A stretch of DNA of 64,000 nucleotides from assembly GCA_963515135.1 (NCBI GenBank), contig CAUPXZ010000015.1, positions 36,181 to 100,180 on the forward strand, given 5' to 3'. Below, one piece after another: positions 28,832-39,471 of the stretch. The stretch's first letter is position 1. Each line of letters starts with the position of its first letter. Position numbers and translations under genes: made by a program. Source of the stretch: an uncultured Duganella sp. (GTDB lineage: Bacteria; Pseudomonadota; Gammaproteobacteria; Burkholderiales; Burkholderiaceae_D). Under the pieces are notes generated by a model, which was given only the letters and a program-made list of their open reading frames with translations, was not told the origin of the DNA and made no database searches.

Positions 28832-31699
28832 ATGTCCGATAACAAATCCGCAAAAAAGCCAGAAAGTAAATACCCGGTCAACATGACCGAAACCCCATTC
28901 CCGATGCGCGGCGATATGGCCAAGCGCGAGCCGAACTGGATCAAGCAATGGCAAGACAAGAAAATCTATGAGCGCGTGCGCGCCGCCGCTGCCGGCCGTC
29001 CTAAATTCATCCTGCACGACGGTCCGCCGTACGCCAACGGCGACATCCACATCGGTCACGCCGTCAACAAGATCCTGAAAGACATGGTGGTCAAGGCCCG
29101 CACCTTCGCCGGCTTCGACGCGCCTTACGTGCCGGGCTGGGATTGCCACGGCATGCCGATCGAGATCCAGATCGAAAAACAATACGGCAAGAACCTGCCG
29201 ACCGCCGACGTGCTGACCAAGGCGCGCGCCTACGCCTATGAGCAGGTCGACCGCCAGCGCAAGGACTTCATCCGTCTGGGCGTGCTGGGCGAATGGCAGA
29301 ATCCTTACCTGACCATGAACTTCTCCAACGAAGCCGACGAGCTGCGCTCGCTCGGCAAGATGCTGGAAAAAGGCTATGTCTATCGCGGCCTGAAGCCGGT
29401 CAACTGGTGCTTCGACTGCCAGTCGGCACTGGCCGAAGCGGAAGTGGAATACCAGGACAAGCGCGATCCGGCCATCGACGTCGGCTTCAAGTTCGCCGAA
29501 TTCGACAAGCTGGCCGCCGCCTTCGGCCTGGATAAGCTGCCAACCGAAAACGGCTTCATCGTCATCTGGACCACCACGCCATGGACCATCCCGTCCAACC
29601 AGGCGCTGAACGTCAATCCTGAACTGAAATACGCGCTGGTCGAAACCACGCGCGACGGCCAGCCTTTGCTGCTGATCCTGGCGCAAGACCTGGTGGAGTC
29701 CAGCCTGGCGCGCTACAAACTGGAAGGCACCACCATCGCCACCTGCGACGGCGCAGCGCTGGGCGGCATCAGCTTCCGCCATCCGCTGCACGCCTCGGAC
29801 GCGTTCTACGACCGCCTGTCGCCAATGTACCTGGCCGACTATGTGACCGCCGACAGCGGCACCGGCGTGGTCCACTCGGCGCCAGCCTATGGCCTGGACG
29901 ACTTTATCTCGTGCAAAGCGCACGGCATGAAGGACGACCAGATCCTGACGCCAGTGCTGGGCGACGGCAAATACGCCGAATCGCTGCCGCTGTTCGGCGG
30001 CATGACCATCTGGGAAGCCTCCAAGCCGATCTGCGCCGCGCTGAAGGAAGTGGGCGCGTTGTTCGAAGTGAAGATGTTCGATCACAGTTATATGCACTGC
30101 TGGCGCCACAAGACGCCGATCATCTACCGCGCCACCTCGCAGTGGTTCGCCGGCATGGACGTGCATCCGAAAGACGGCGGCGCCACGCTGCGCCAGGCCG
30201 CGCTGGCCGGCATCGAGCAGACCGCATTCTTCCCGGACTGGGGCAAGGCGCGCCTGCACGGCATGATCGCCAACCGTCCTGACTGGACCCTGTCGCGTCA
30301 GCGGCAGTGGGGCGTGCCCATGGCCTTCGTGGTACACAAAGAGAGCGGCGCGCTGCACCCGCGCACGCAGGAACTGCTGGAGCAGGTCGCCGTGCTGATC
30401 GAAAAAGGCGGCATCGACGCCTGGCAGGCGCTGGACCTGAAAGACCTGATCGGCGATGAAGCGTCGGACTACGTCAAGAACAAGGACACGCTGGACGTCT
30501 GGTTCGACTCCGGCAGCACCCACCAGACCGTGCTGCGCGGCTCGCACAAGGAACAATCGGCCTTCCCTGCCGACCTGTATCTGGAAGGTTCGGACCAGCA
30601 CCGCGGCTGGTTCCACTCGTCGCTGCTGACTTCCTCGATGCTGAATGGCGCGCCGCCGTACAAAGCTCTCTTGACCCACGGCTTCGTGGTCGACGGCGAA
30701 GGCAAGAAGATGTCCAAGTCGATCGGCAACACCATCGCGCCGCAGGACGTGTGGAACAAGCTGGGTGCCGACATGCTGCGTCTGTGGGTGGCCTCGACCG
30801 ACTACACCGGCGAGCTGTCGATCTCCGACGAGATCCTCAAGCGCGTGACCGAATCGTATCGCCGCATCCGCAACACGCTGCGCTTCCTGCTGGCCAACCT
30901 GTCGGACTTCGACTATGCCAAGGATGCCGTGCCGGCCGCCGAGCTGCTGGAGATCGACCGCTACGCCATCGCCAACATGGCGGCGCTGCAGAAGGAAATC
31001 GAAGCGCACTATATGCAGTATGAGTTCCAGCCGGTGATGTCCAAGCTGCAGAACTACTGTTCGGAAGACTTGGGCGGCTTCTATCTCGACGTGCTGAAGG
31101 ACCGCCTGTACACCACCGGCGTGACGTCGGTGTCGCGCCGTTCGGCGCAGACCGCGCTGTACCACATCACGCACAGCCTGCTGCGCGTGATGGCGCCGGC
31201 GCTGTCCTTCACCGCCGAGGAAGCATGGGAAATCTTCGCCGGCACCGAAGGCTGGAAAGCCAGCGACGAAACCATCTTCACCCAGACCTGGTGGCAACTG
31301 CCGGAACTGGCGGACGCCGAGGCGCTGCTGGCGAAGTACACCGCGCTGCGCGCGGTGCGCACCGACGTCACCAAGCAGCTGGAAGACCTGCGCACCTCGG
31401 GCGCGATCGGCTCCTCGTTGCAGGCGGAACTGAGCATCAAGGCCGCCGGCGACAAGTTCAAGGTGCTGGCCAGCCTGGAAGATGATTTGAAGTTCATCTT
31501 CATCACCTCGCTGGCATCGGTGAGCGAAGTGGCGTCGGAAGCGGAAGAAGCGGTCAACGTGGCCGCATCGACCGCCGAGAAGTGCGAGCGCTGCTGGCAT
31601 TACCGCGCCGACGTCGGCACCCACGCCGACCACCCTACCCTGTGCGGCCGCTGCTACAGCAACCTGTTTGGTGCGGGCGAAAAACGCAAGTTCGCATAA
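28832..31699 (+). CDS. ileS: Isoleucine--tRNA ligase
   Basis: [42 protein letters not shown] and a C-terminal Zn finger. Confidence 0.98.
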   Translation: MSDNKSAKKPESKYPVNMTETPFPMRGDMAKREPNWIKQWQDKKIYERVRAAAAGRPKFILHDGPPYANGDIHIGHAVNKILKDMVVKARTFAGFDAPYVPGWDCHGMPIEIQIEKQYGKNLPTADVLTKARAYAYEQVDRQRKDFIRLGVLGEWQNPYLTMNFSNEADELRSLGKMLEKGYVYRGLKPVNWCFDCQSALAEAEVEYQDKRDPAIDVGFKFAEFDKLAAAFGLDKLPTENGFIVIWTTTPWTIPSNQALNVNPELKYALVETTRDGQPLLLILAQDLVESSLARYKLEGTTIATCDGAALGGISFRHPLHASDAFYDRLSPMYLADYVTADSGTGVVHSAPAYGLDDFISCKAHGMKDDQILTPVLGDGKYAESLPLFGGMTIWEASKPICAALKEVGALFEVKMFDHSYMHCWRHKTPIIYRATSQWFAGMDVHPKDGGATLRQAALAGIEQTAFFPDWGKARLHGMIANRPDWTLSRQRQWGVPMAFVVHKESGALHPRTQELLEQVAVLIEKGGIDAWQALDLKDLIGDEASDYVKNKDTLDVWFDSGSTHQTVLRGSHKEQSAFPADLYLEGSDQHRGWFHSSLLTSSMLNGAPPYKALLTHGFVVDGEGKKMSKSIGNTIAPQDVWNKLGADMLRLWVASTDYTGELSISDEILKRVTESYRRIRNTLRFLLANLSDFDYAKDAVPAAELLEIDRYAIANMAALQKEIEAHYMQYEFQPVMSKLQNYCSEDLGGFYLDVLKDRLYTTGVTSVSRRSAQTALYHITHSLLRVMAPALSFTAEEAWEIFAGTEGWKASDETIFTQTWWQLPELADAEALLAKYTALRAVRTDVTKQLEDLRTSGAIGSSLQAELSIKAAGDKFKVLASLEDDLKFIFITSLASVSEVASEAEEAVNVAASTAEKCERCWHYRADVGTHADHPTLCGRCYSNLFGAGEKRKFA

Positions 31700-31708
31700 G
31701 ATATTGCA

Positions 31709-31735
31709 CGTCGCCCCCGCGCAAGCGGGGGCCCA
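31709..31735 (+). repeat. CGTC-tagged REP-like unit
   Basis: cgtcgcccccgc-gcaa-gcgggggccca between ileS and lspA. Confidence 0.7.
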
Positions 31736-31757
31736 TGCTGACGTAAATTCCTAATCT

Positions 31758-32261
31758 ATGGCAACCAAAAAAATCTTCCCGACCAAGTCCTCGTCCAGCA
31801 TCACGCCATGGCTGGGCATCGCCGCGCTGATCATCCTGATCGACCAGCTGACCAAGATCACCATCAACAAAACCTTCCAGTATGGCGAAGAAAAGGTCAT
31901 CACCTCCTTCTTCAACCTCGTGCTGGCGTATAACAAGGGCGCGGCCTTCAGCTTCCTCAGCAACAGCGGCGGCTGGCAGCGTTACTTCTTCACCGCCATC
32001 GGCATCGGCGCGGCGGTGTTCATCATCTACCTGCTGAAGAAGCACAGCGCGCAGCGCATGTTCTCGTGGGCGCTGTCGCTGGTGCTGGGCGGTGCGATCG
32101 GCAACGTCATCGACCGCCTGTTGTACGGCCACGTGGTCGACTTCCTGGATTTCCACTGGCCTGGCCTGGGCCACTTCCCGGCGTTCAATGTGGCCGATTC
32201 GGCCATCTGTGTCGGCGCCGCCCTGTTCATCCTGGACGAACTGCGCCGGGTGAACAAATAA
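31758..32261 (+). CDS. lspA: Lipoprotein signal peptidase II
   Basis: DQLTK, NKGAAFS, GNVIDR, VVDFL and FNVADS. Confidence 0.97.
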   Translation: MATKKIFPTKSSSSITPWLGIAALIILIDQLTKITINKTFQYGEEKVITSFFNLVLAYNKGAAFSFLSNSGGWQRYFFTAIGIGAAVFIIYLLKKHSAQRMFSWALSLVLGGAIGNVIDRLLYGHVVDFLDFHWPGLGHFPAFNVADSAICVGAALFILDELRRVNK

Positions 32262-32273
32262 CGGAGCCGCATC

Positions 32274-33500
32274 ATGATGGAACTGACTGGTAAGAAAATC
32301 GTCCTCGGCCTGTCCGGCGGCGTGGCCTGCTACAAGGCTGCAGAACTGTGCCGCGCCTTCAGCAAGGCCGGCGCCACGGTGCAGGTGGTCATGACCGAAG
32401 CGGCTACCCACTTCATTACGGCGGTCACCATGCAGGCCCTGTCGGGCCGCCCGGTGTACACCGACCAGTGGGACGCGCGCGTCAACAACAATATGGCCCA
32501 CATCGACGTCACGCGCGATGCGGACGCCATCATCATCGCGCCCTGCTCGACGGACTTCATCCGCAAGCTGGCGCACGGCGCCTGCGACGACCTGCTGTCG
32601 ACCATGTGCGTGGCCCGTCCGCGCCATGTGCCGCTGCTGATCGCGCCGGCCATGAACGTCGAGATGTGGCAGAACCCCGCCACCCAGCGCAATGTGCAAA
32701 CCTTGCGCGACGACGGCATCGTCATCTTCGGCCCGGCGGCCGGCGACCAGGCCTGCGGCGAAGTGGGCCTGGGCCGCATGCTGGAGCCAGAACAACTGCT
32801 GGAAGAAGTGATCGCCGCCTTCCAGCCGAAAGTCCTGGCGGGCAAGCGCATCATGATCACCGCCGGCCCGACCTTCGAGCCGATTGATCCGGTGCGCGGC
32901 ATCACCAATCTGTCCTCGGGCAAGATGGGCTACGCTGTGGCGCGCGCCGCGCGCGAGGCCGGCGCCGAAGTGGTGCTGGTGTCCGGCCCGGTGACGCTGC
33001 CGGTGCCGTTCGGCGTGCAGCGCGTCAGCGTGCAAAGCGCGCAGCAAATGTATGACGCGGTGATGGCCGACGTCGAACAGCAGCATATCTTCATCGCCGT
33101 AGCGGCGGTGGCCGACTGGCGCATCGCCAATGCCAGCGATCAGAAACTGAAGAAGAACCCGAACGGCACCGCGCCCGACCTGAAGTTCGAGCAGAACCCG
33201 GACATCCTGGCTTCGGTGGCCGCGCGCACCAACCTGGCCGGCCATCCGTACTGCGTGGGGTTCGCCGCCGAATCGGAAAACCTGGTCCAATTCGGCGCCG
33301 ACAAGCGCGAGAAAAAAGGCATTCCCCTGCTGGTCGGGAATATCGGCCACCATACCTTCGGCCAGGACGACAACACCATCATCCTGTTCGACGAAAACGG
33401 CCACACCATTTTGCCGCGCGCCGACAAACTGACGCTGGCGCGCCAGCTGATTTCCGAGATCTCCAAGCGGATCTCGCAACACTCCTTATTTGCCAAGTAA
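32274..33500 (+). CDS. coaBC: Phosphopantothenoylcysteine decarboxylase/ligase
   Basis: GGVACYK, PAMN, QACG, TAGPT, DPVR..NLSSGKMG and GFAAES. Confidence 0.96.
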   Translation: MMELTGKKIVLGLSGGVACYKAAELCRAFSKAGATVQVVMTEAATHFITAVTMQALSGRPVYTDQWDARVNNNMAHIDVTRDADAIIIAPCSTDFIRKLAHGACDDLLSTMCVARPRHVPLLIAPAMNVEMWQNPATQRNVQTLRDDGIVIFGPAAGDQACGEVGLGRMLEPEQLLEEVIAAFQPKVLAGKRIMITAGPTFEPIDPVRGITNLSSGKMGYAVARAAREAGAEVVLVSGPVTLPVPFGVQRVSVQSAQQMYDAVMADVEQQHIFIAVAAVADWRIANASDQKLKKNPNGTAPDLKFEQNPDILASVAARTNLAGHPYCVGFAAESENLVQFGADKREKKGIPLLVGNIGHHTFGQDDNTIILFDENGHTILPRADKLTLARQLISEISKRISQHSLFAK

Positions 33501-33950
33501 ATGAAAAACGTAGACGTAAAAATTCTCGACCCACGCATGAAAGACCAACTGCCGGCGTACGCAACGCCTGGCTCGGCGGGGCTGGATCTGCGCGCCTGCA
33601 TCGACGCGCCGATGGTGATCGAGGCCGGCCAGACCGTGCTGATTCCTACCGGCCTGGCGATTCACGTCGCCGATCCGGGCTACGCCGCCATGATCCTGCC
33701 GCGCAGCGGCATGGGCCACAAAAACGGCATCGTGCTGGGGAATCTGGTAGGCTTGATCGACTCCGACTATCAGGGTCAGTTGATGATCTCGACCTGGAAC
33801 CGCGGCCACAGCGCCTTCACGCTGCAGCCGATGGAACGTCTGGCGCAGTTGATCATCGTGCCGGTGCTGCAAGTCGGCTTTAATGTGGTGGAAGAATTCG
33901 ACACCACCGAACGTGGCGCCGGCGGTTTCGGCAGCACTGGAAAACACTAA
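33501..33950 (+). CDS. dut: dUTP diphosphatase
   Basis: [18 protein letters not shown] and [10 protein letters not shown]. Confidence 0.98.
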   Translation: MKNVDVKILDPRMKDQLPAYATPGSAGLDLRACIDAPMVIEAGQTVLIPTGLAIHVADPGYAAMILPRSGMGHKNGIVLGNLVGLIDSDYQGQLMISTWNRGHSAFTLQPMERLAQLIIVPVLQVGFNVVEEFDTTERGAGGFGSTGKH

Positions 33951-33974
33951 ATAAAAATGGAGACGAGCGCAGGG

Positions 33975-35069
33975 ATGAACAAGACGAATAAATTTGGCAC
34001 ATTCTCCCTGGCGATGGCCGCCGCTGCGGCCACGCTGAGCGGCTGCTCCACCTTGCAATCGCAACCGGCCGCTCCTGAGCCGGCGCCTTCGGTGGTCAGC
34101 ACCGTCACCGAAGCGCCGCCGCAGGTCACCGCCAGGATGGCCGCCGCGCGCCAGCAACTGAGCCAGATGGTGGCGCTGCAGGATCGCCTGTACCGCGTCG
34201 CCGGCCCGCTGTTGATCAACAACGCGGACCTGTGCCGCACGCAGGCCCGTAACCTGCTCGGCTTCACGGCCAAGAACAAATACTCTTATCCCGGCGAATT
34301 CAGCGACGCCGCCGCCGCCGTGCTGAACTACAGCGACCGCCTGGAAGTGGCTACCGTATTGGCCGGCAGCGGCGCCGCGCGCGCGGGGCTGCGCAAGGGC
34401 GACATCCTGATCGCCGCCGACGGCAAGCTGCTGCCGGTCGGCGCCAATGCCGAAAGCGACGCGGCGGCGGTGCTCGGCCCGCTGGTCAGCAACAATAAAT
34501 TTCTCAACCTGACGGTGCAGCGCGGCGGCGCCAATCAGCAGCTGCGGGTGCCGGTCACGCGCGCCTGCGCCTTCAAGATCGACATCGGCAACTCGGACAA
34601 CATCAACGCCTATTCCGACGGCCAGCGCGTGATGATCACGCGCGGCATGGTCAATTTCGCGCAGAGCGACGAAGCCATCGCCTACGTGCTGGCCAAGGAC
34701 ATCGCCCACAATGTGCTGGGCCACGCGGCCACCACCAAGCAGGCCTACACGGTGGGCGGCATCATCGACAACCTGGTGGCGGTGCGTCCCGACCTGTCGA
34801 TGCTGATCGGCAGCGCCGGCGTGAAGCCGATGCCGCAGGAGCTGGACGCGGCGGCCGACAATCTGTCGCTGTACATGGTGGCCCGCGCCGGCTACAACGT
34901 CGCTGGCGCGCGCGCTTTCTGGCAGCGTCTGGCCACGCAATATCCGGCCACCGTATTGAACGGTTATACTGCCAACCACCCGGCCGTGAACTACCGCCTG
35001 GGCGTGATCGACAAGACGGTGTCGGCGATCCGCAGCAAGCAGGCGGCCAAGCAGCCGCTGGTTCCTTAA
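33975..35069 (+). CDS. Lipoprotein with PDZ and M48-peptidase-like domains; Zn motif degenerate
   Basis: Lipobox LSGC, PDZ-like AARAGLRKGDIL, INAYSDG, AYVLAKDIAH, ARAGY and NHP. Confidence 0.75.
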   Translation: MNKTNKFGTFSLAMAAAAATLSGCSTLQSQPAAPEPAPSVVSTVTEAPPQVTARMAAARQQLSQMVALQDRLYRVAGPLLINNADLCRTQARNLLGFTAKNKYSYPGEFSDAAAAVLNYSDRLEVATVLAGSGAARAGLRKGDILIAADGKLLPVGANAESDAAAVLGPLVSNNKFLNLTVQRGGANQQLRVPVTRACAFKIDIGNSDNINAYSDGQRVMITRGMVNFAQSDEAIAYVLAKDIAHNVLGHAATTKQAYTVGGIIDNLVAVRPDLSMLIGSAGVKPMPQELDAAADNLSLYMVARAGYNVAGARAFWQRLATQYPATVLNGYTANHPAVNYRLGVIDKTVSAIRSKQAAKQPLVP

Positions 35070-35085
35070 TTCCTGAGAGCGCGCC

Positions 35086-35481
35086 ATGAACAAATCCGGC
35101 CTGATCGCAATCGCATTGATGTTGACGGCCGGCTCAGCGCAAGCCGCGCAGTGGCTGAAGGTAGGCGGCACCCGAAGCGTCACCTATTATATGGACAAGG
35201 CCAGCGTGATCAAGGCCGACAAGACGCGCAAGGTCTGGTCGATGCAGACCTTCACCCGCATGCAGAAAGCGCCCGAGGGCAAGCTGTATCGCTCGGCGAA
35301 GATGCTGCATGTGTACGGCTGCGAAGATCACACCACCACCCTGCTGGCACAGGTCTACTACCCGGAAGCGATGGGCAAGGGCGAGCCGGTGGAGAACTAC
35401 AAGTTCGAGAAATTCAGCCCGGAAGATATCGTGCCGGACAGCGCCTTCGACAGCGTGCTGGTCGCGGCCTGCAAGGACTAG
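35086..35481 (+). CDS. Exported protein, surface-adhesin-E-like
   Basis: Signal peptide (AQA), W..YYMD...RKVW pattern, two Cys and C-terminal IVPDS...AC. Confidence 0.65.
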   Translation: MNKSGLIAIALMLTAGSAQAAQWLKVGGTRSVTYYMDKASVIKADKTRKVWSMQTFTRMQKAPEGKLYRSAKMLHVYGCEDHTTTLLAQVYYPEAMGKGEPVENYKFEKFSPEDIVPDSAFDSVLVAACKD

Positions 35482-35606
35482 CCGGGGAAATTCGGGAAGA
35501 CGGTCGCCATCAGCCAGGTCAGGCCGGCGCAGACCAGCACCGCGCCTATCAGCACGACTAATAAACGACCGAATTTGGGCGATCCGTCATCTTCCTTCTG
35601 AGGCAT
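35478..35606 (-). CDS. 42-aa single-pass membrane protein (absent from the ORF track)
   Basis: MPQKEDDGSPKFGRLLVVLIGAVLVCAGLTWLMATVFPNFPG*. AGGGA RBS upstream. The ORF fills the intergenic gap, and its stop shares CTAG with the convergent gene. Confidence 0.65.
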   Translation of the reverse strand: MPQKEDDGSPKFGRLLVVLIGAVLVCAGLTWLMATVFPNFPG

Positions 35607-35650
35607 GTCCGATCCCTGCAAGGTTTAGTCAGCCGTAGTATATTCCATTC

Positions 35651-36673
35651 ATGGACTCTATCGACCTCGAAGTATTGAAAACCAGCGCCGCGTGGATCGC
35701 GGCGGGCCGCCGCTGTGAGCTGATCACCGTCATCAAGACCTGGGGCTCCAGCCCGCGCCCGATCGGCGCCACGCTGGCCATCTGCGAGGACGGCACAGTG
35801 ATCGGTTCCGTCTCCGGCGGCTGCATCGAGGACGACCTGATCGCGCGCGTGCGCGACGAAGGCATCAGCCGCACCATTCCGGAGATTGTCAGCTACGGCA
35901 TCACCGCCGACGAGGCGCACCGTTTCGGTTTGCCTTGCGGCGGCACGATAGAACTGTCGATCGAGCCGCTGTCAGAGCACAGCCGCATCGGCGAACTGCT
36001 GGAGCGACTGGAACGGCATGAACTGGTGCAGCGCCGGCTGGATCTGCGCAGCGGCGAGGTGGAACTGTCCAAAGCGGCGCCGGGCGCGCAAATGCAGGTC
36101 AGCGAACATGCGATGGTGACCCTGCACGGCCCGCGCTGGCGGCTGCTGATTATCGGCGCCGGGCAGCTGTCGCGCTTCCTGGCGCAGATCGCGCTGGCCA
36201 TGGATTACAGCGTGATCGTCTGCGATCCGCGCGAAGAATACCGCGCCGGCTGGCACGTCGACGGCGTGCAACTGGTGCACGAGATGCCGGATGATGTGGT
36301 GCTGGCGATGAACCTGGATCGCCGCAGCGCGGTGGTGGCGCTGACGCACGATCCGAAGCTGGACGATCTGGCGCTGATGGAGGCGCTGAAGTCGGACGCG
36401 TTTTATGTCGGCGCGATCGGCTCGCGCCTGAACAACAACAAGCGCCGCGAGCGGCTGCTGGAATTCGACCTGACACCGGAACAGCTGGCGCGCCTGCATG
36501 GACCGATCGGGCTGTACATCGGCAGCAAGACGCCTTCCGAAATCGCCATCTCCATCCTGGCCGAAATGACCGCGATCAAAAACGGCGTGCCGACCAACCT
36601 GATCGTGCCGCACGCCGCCGCGCCGACCAAGCCCGGCGACGCCGTATGCGTGGTGGAGAGCGGCGCGGTCTAG
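35651..36673 (+). CDS. xdhC: XdhC/CoxI family Moco-insertion accessory protein
   Basis: WGSSPRPIG, GSVSGGCIE, GLPCGG, THDPKLD, YVGAIGSR and GPIGL..GSKTP.EIAISILAE. Confidence 0.92.
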   Translation: MDSIDLEVLKTSAAWIAAGRRCELITVIKTWGSSPRPIGATLAICEDGTVIGSVSGGCIEDDLIARVRDEGISRTIPEIVSYGITADEAHRFGLPCGGTIELSIEPLSEHSRIGELLERLERHELVQRRLDLRSGEVELSKAAPGAQMQVSEHAMVTLHGPRWRLLIIGAGQLSRFLAQIALAMDYSVIVCDPREEYRAGWHVDGVQLVHEMPDDVVLAMNLDRRSAVVALTHDPKLDDLALMEALKSDAFYVGAIGSRLNNNKRRERLLEFDLTPEQLARLHGPIGLYIGSKTPSEIAISILAEMTAIKNGVPTNLIVPHAAAPTKPGDAVCVVESGAV

Positions 36674-36783
36674 CACTGCAGCCGATTCCAGCGCAAGAAT
36701 CGGCTAGTGCGGCGCGCGCGGATACGCGACAATAGCGGACGGCAGCGCCATCCCGTGCTGCCGCTACACACCACGGAATCCGC

Positions 36784-37656
36784 ATGAGCACCGCCAACCT
36801 GTTACGTCTTATCCTGCTCGCCGCCATCTGGGGCGGCTCCTTCCTGTTCATGCGCATTGCCGCGCCGGTGCTGGGCGCCGCAGTCCTGATCGAATACCGC
36901 GTGCTGTTCGCCGCCATCTTCCTGGCCGTGGTTGGCCTGTTCCTGAAAAAATCGCTGGACTGGAAACAGCACTGGAAGCACTACTTCATCCTCGGCCTGT
37001 TCAATTCCGCCCTGCCGTTTCTGATGTTCGCATTCGCCGCGCGCACGCTGTCGGCCTCGCTGCTGGCGGTGCTCAACGCCACCACGCCACTGTGGGGCAC
37101 CTTGATCGCCGCCGTCTGGTCGCGCAGCATGGTCAGCGGCAAAGTACTGCTCGGCCTTGCGCTGGGCACCTGCGGTGTCGCGCTGCTGGTCGGCTTCGAC
37201 CACGTCAGCTCCAAGCCGGGTGCCGGCCTCGCCATCGCCGCCGTGCTGTTCGCCTCCTTCAACTACGGCGTCGCCAGCAACTACGCCAAGCAGGCCAAGT
37301 CGGTCGAGCCGTTCGCCAACGCGCACGGCTCGATGTGGGCATCGGCGCTGATGGTGCTGCCGGTGGTGCCGTTTTTCCCGGCGCCGGGCGCGCATACCAT
37401 CGGCATCATGGGCGCGGTGATCGCGCTGGCGGTGCTGTGCAGCGGCGTGGCTTACCTGATCTACTTCCGCTTGATCCAGGACGTCGGCCCGTCGTCGGCG
37501 CTGACGGTGACTTTCCTTAGCCCGCTGTTCGGCATCCTGTGGGGCGTGCTATTCCTCAGCGAGACGGTCGGCTGGTACACCTTTGCCGGCGCCGCCATCG
37601 TCATTGCCGGCACAGTGCTGGTGACCGGTTTCCGTTTCAAGGCGCGCGCGGCATGA
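36784..37656 (+). CDS. DMT/EamA family transporter
   Basis: IWGGSFLFMR, about 10 TM helices, and TVTFLSPLFGILWG. Confidence 0.88.
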   Translation: MSTANLLRLILLAAIWGGSFLFMRIAAPVLGAAVLIEYRVLFAAIFLAVVGLFLKKSLDWKQHWKHYFILGLFNSALPFLMFAFAARTLSASLLAVLNATTPLWGTLIAAVWSRSMVSGKVLLGLALGTCGVALLVGFDHVSSKPGAGLAIAAVLFASFNYGVASNYAKQAKSVEPFANAHGSMWASALMVLPVVPFFPAPGAHTIGIMGAVIALAVLCSGVAYLIYFRLIQDVGPSSALTVTFLSPLFGILWGVLFLSETVGWYTFAGAAIVIAGTVLVTGFRFKARAA

Positions 37657-38567
37657 AACCCTACACACTGGAGCTGCCGCCAGACTACCGCCTGGACGAT
37701 GTGCTGGCTTTTCACCGACGCGACACCGAAAGCATCGCCGAAGAAGTCAGCGCCGAGCGACTGCGCAAAGGCGTGCTGCTGGAGGGCGTGCCAGTGCTGC
37801 TCGACATCGCGCTGCCGCCGTCCAGCCGCGCGGCGGCGGCGGCCGGCGCCATCGCCAGCATCACGGCGCATGCCGACGGTACGCTGAGCGCAGCGGGCCA
37901 GCAGCAAGCACGCGACGCGGTGCTGAATATCCTCGGCCTGCGCATCGATCCCGCAGCGTTCTATGCCTTCGTCAAAAAGGACCAACTGTTCGCCACGCTC
38001 GTGCGCAAGCAACCGGGTTTGCGCATCGTCCAATCGGCCACCGTATTTGAGGCGCTGACCTGGGCCATCATCGGCCAGCAAATCAACCTCTCGTTTGCGA
38101 TTGCACTGCGCCGCACCTTCATCCTGCAAGCCGGCCGCCAACATAGCAGCGGTCTATGGTGCTACCCGGACGCCAATACTGCCGCCGCGCTGTCAGTAGA
38201 CGACCTGACCACCCGCAAATTCTCCCGCGCCAAAGCCGACACCCTGCTGCGCCTCGCATCGCTGGTCGCCAGCGGCGAACTGCGACTGGATCTCGCGCCA
38301 GACAACAGCATCGAACAGATCTCCGCCGCGCTGCTGGCAGTCAAAGGCATCGGCCCCTGGACCGTTAACTACGGCCTGCTGCGCGGCTATGGTTACGCCG
38401 ACTGCTCGCTGCATGGCGACGTCGCCGTCCGGGCCGCGCTGCAAACGCTGCTCGGCGAAGAAACCAAGCCGGACATCAAGCGCACCGAAGAAATCCTGGC
38501 CCGCTACAGCCCTCACCGCACCATGGCCGCCGCCCACCTGTGGGCCAGCTTGCACCCGCGCGACTAA
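37653..38567 (+). CDS. alkA: AlkA-type DNA-3-methyladenine glycosylase (AlkA_N plus HhH-GPD, no Ada domain)
   Basis: FEALTWAIIGQQI, HhH motif LLAVKGIGPWT, GDVAV and YSPHRT..AHLW. ATGA overlap with the DMT gene. Confidence 0.85.
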   Translation: MKPYTLELPPDYRLDDVLAFHRRDTESIAEEVSAERLRKGVLLEGVPVLLDIALPPSSRAAAAAGAIASITAHADGTLSAAGQQQARDAVLNILGLRIDPAAFYAFVKKDQLFATLVRKQPGLRIVQSATVFEALTWAIIGQQINLSFAIALRRTFILQAGRQHSSGLWCYPDANTAAALSVDDLTTRKFSRAKADTLLRLASLVASGELRLDLAPDNSIEQISAALLAVKGIGPWTVNYGLLRGYGYADCSLHGDVAVRAALQTLLGEETKPDIKRTEEILARYSPHRTMAAAHLWASLHPRD

Positions 38568-38573
38568 TTCCGC

Positions 38574-38604
38574 TTGAGCCTCACGCTGCGTGAGGCTTTA
38601 CGCT
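38574..38604 (+). promoter_or_regulatory. MerR-type promoter/operator
   Basis: -35 TTGAGC (38574-79), 19-bp spacer, -10 TACGCT (38599-604). Perfect dyad agcctcacgc-t-gcgtgaggct (38577-97). Confidence 0.85.
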
Positions 38605-38630
38605 CTCCTTCAACTCAACAAGGAGAGAAC

Positions 38631-39461
38631 ATGCCTCATCCCGCCCCACCGAAGCCCAGCGCCTGGATAACAGCCACCGCACGCGCCGCGCATCAGCTGT
38701 ACGACCAACCCATCCTGCACGATCCGCTCGCCCTGCGCATCCTCGGACCCGAGCGCGAAGCGGCGTTGCGCGCAGACGTCCAGCGCCAGCAACATCCGCT
38801 GGCTGCGGCCCTGCGCGCCACCATGGCGGTCCGCGCCCGCCTTGCCGAAGACAGCTGGCACGAAGCGCAGCAACGCGGCGCGACGCAATACGTCATCCTT
38901 GGCGCGGGTCTCGACACCTATGCCTATCGCGCGCCGCTACCGCCCGGCGTGCACGTGTACGAGACCGACCTGCCGGCAATGCTGCAATGGAAGCGCGGCT
39001 GCCTGAGCGCCGCCGGCATCGGCGAACCGTCACGGCTGCGCTACGTCGCCACAGATTTTTCCGCCACGCCGTTGCTTGAAGACTTGCAGCAGGCCGGCTT
39101 CAACGCAGCACTGCCGGCGTGCTTTTCGTGGCTCGGCGTCAGTATGTACCTCAAGCCGGATGACGTCATGCGTACGCTGAGCGACATCGCCAACTGCGCG
39201 CCGGGCAGCAGCATCGTCTTCGACTACTGCGTGCACCGCCGGCACCTCAGCGAACAGGAATGCGCGGGGCTCGACTTCGTCGCCGCCTCGCTGTCCACGC
39301 AAGGCGAACCTCTGCACAGCACTTTCGAGCCGCAGCTGCTGGAACACATGTTGCGCCACCACGGCTTCCGCCACATCGAGCACTTCGGACCGGAGCAACT
39401 CGATGCGCTGTACGGCGCGAAGCTGAGCGGCATCTTCCGCCTGGTCCGCGCCACGGTATAA
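38631..39461 (+). CDS. SAM-dependent methyltransferase, LCM/TIGR00027-like
   Basis: ATARA, DPLA, VRAR, QYVILGAGLDT, YETDLP and WLGVSMYL. AAGGAG RBS. Confidence 0.87.
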   Translation: MPHPAPPKPSAWITATARAAHQLYDQPILHDPLALRILGPEREAALRADVQRQQHPLAAALRATMAVRARLAEDSWHEAQQRGATQYVILGAGLDTYAYRAPLPPGVHVYETDLPAMLQWKRGCLSAAGIGEPSRLRYVATDFSATPLLEDLQQAGFNAALPACFSWLGVSMYLKPDDVMRTLSDIANCAPGSSIVFDYCVHRRHLSEQECAGLDFVAASLSTQGEPLHSTFEPQLLEHMLRHHGFRHIEHFGPEQLDALYGAKLSGIFRLVRATV

Positions 39462-39471
39462 ACTGTCGGAC

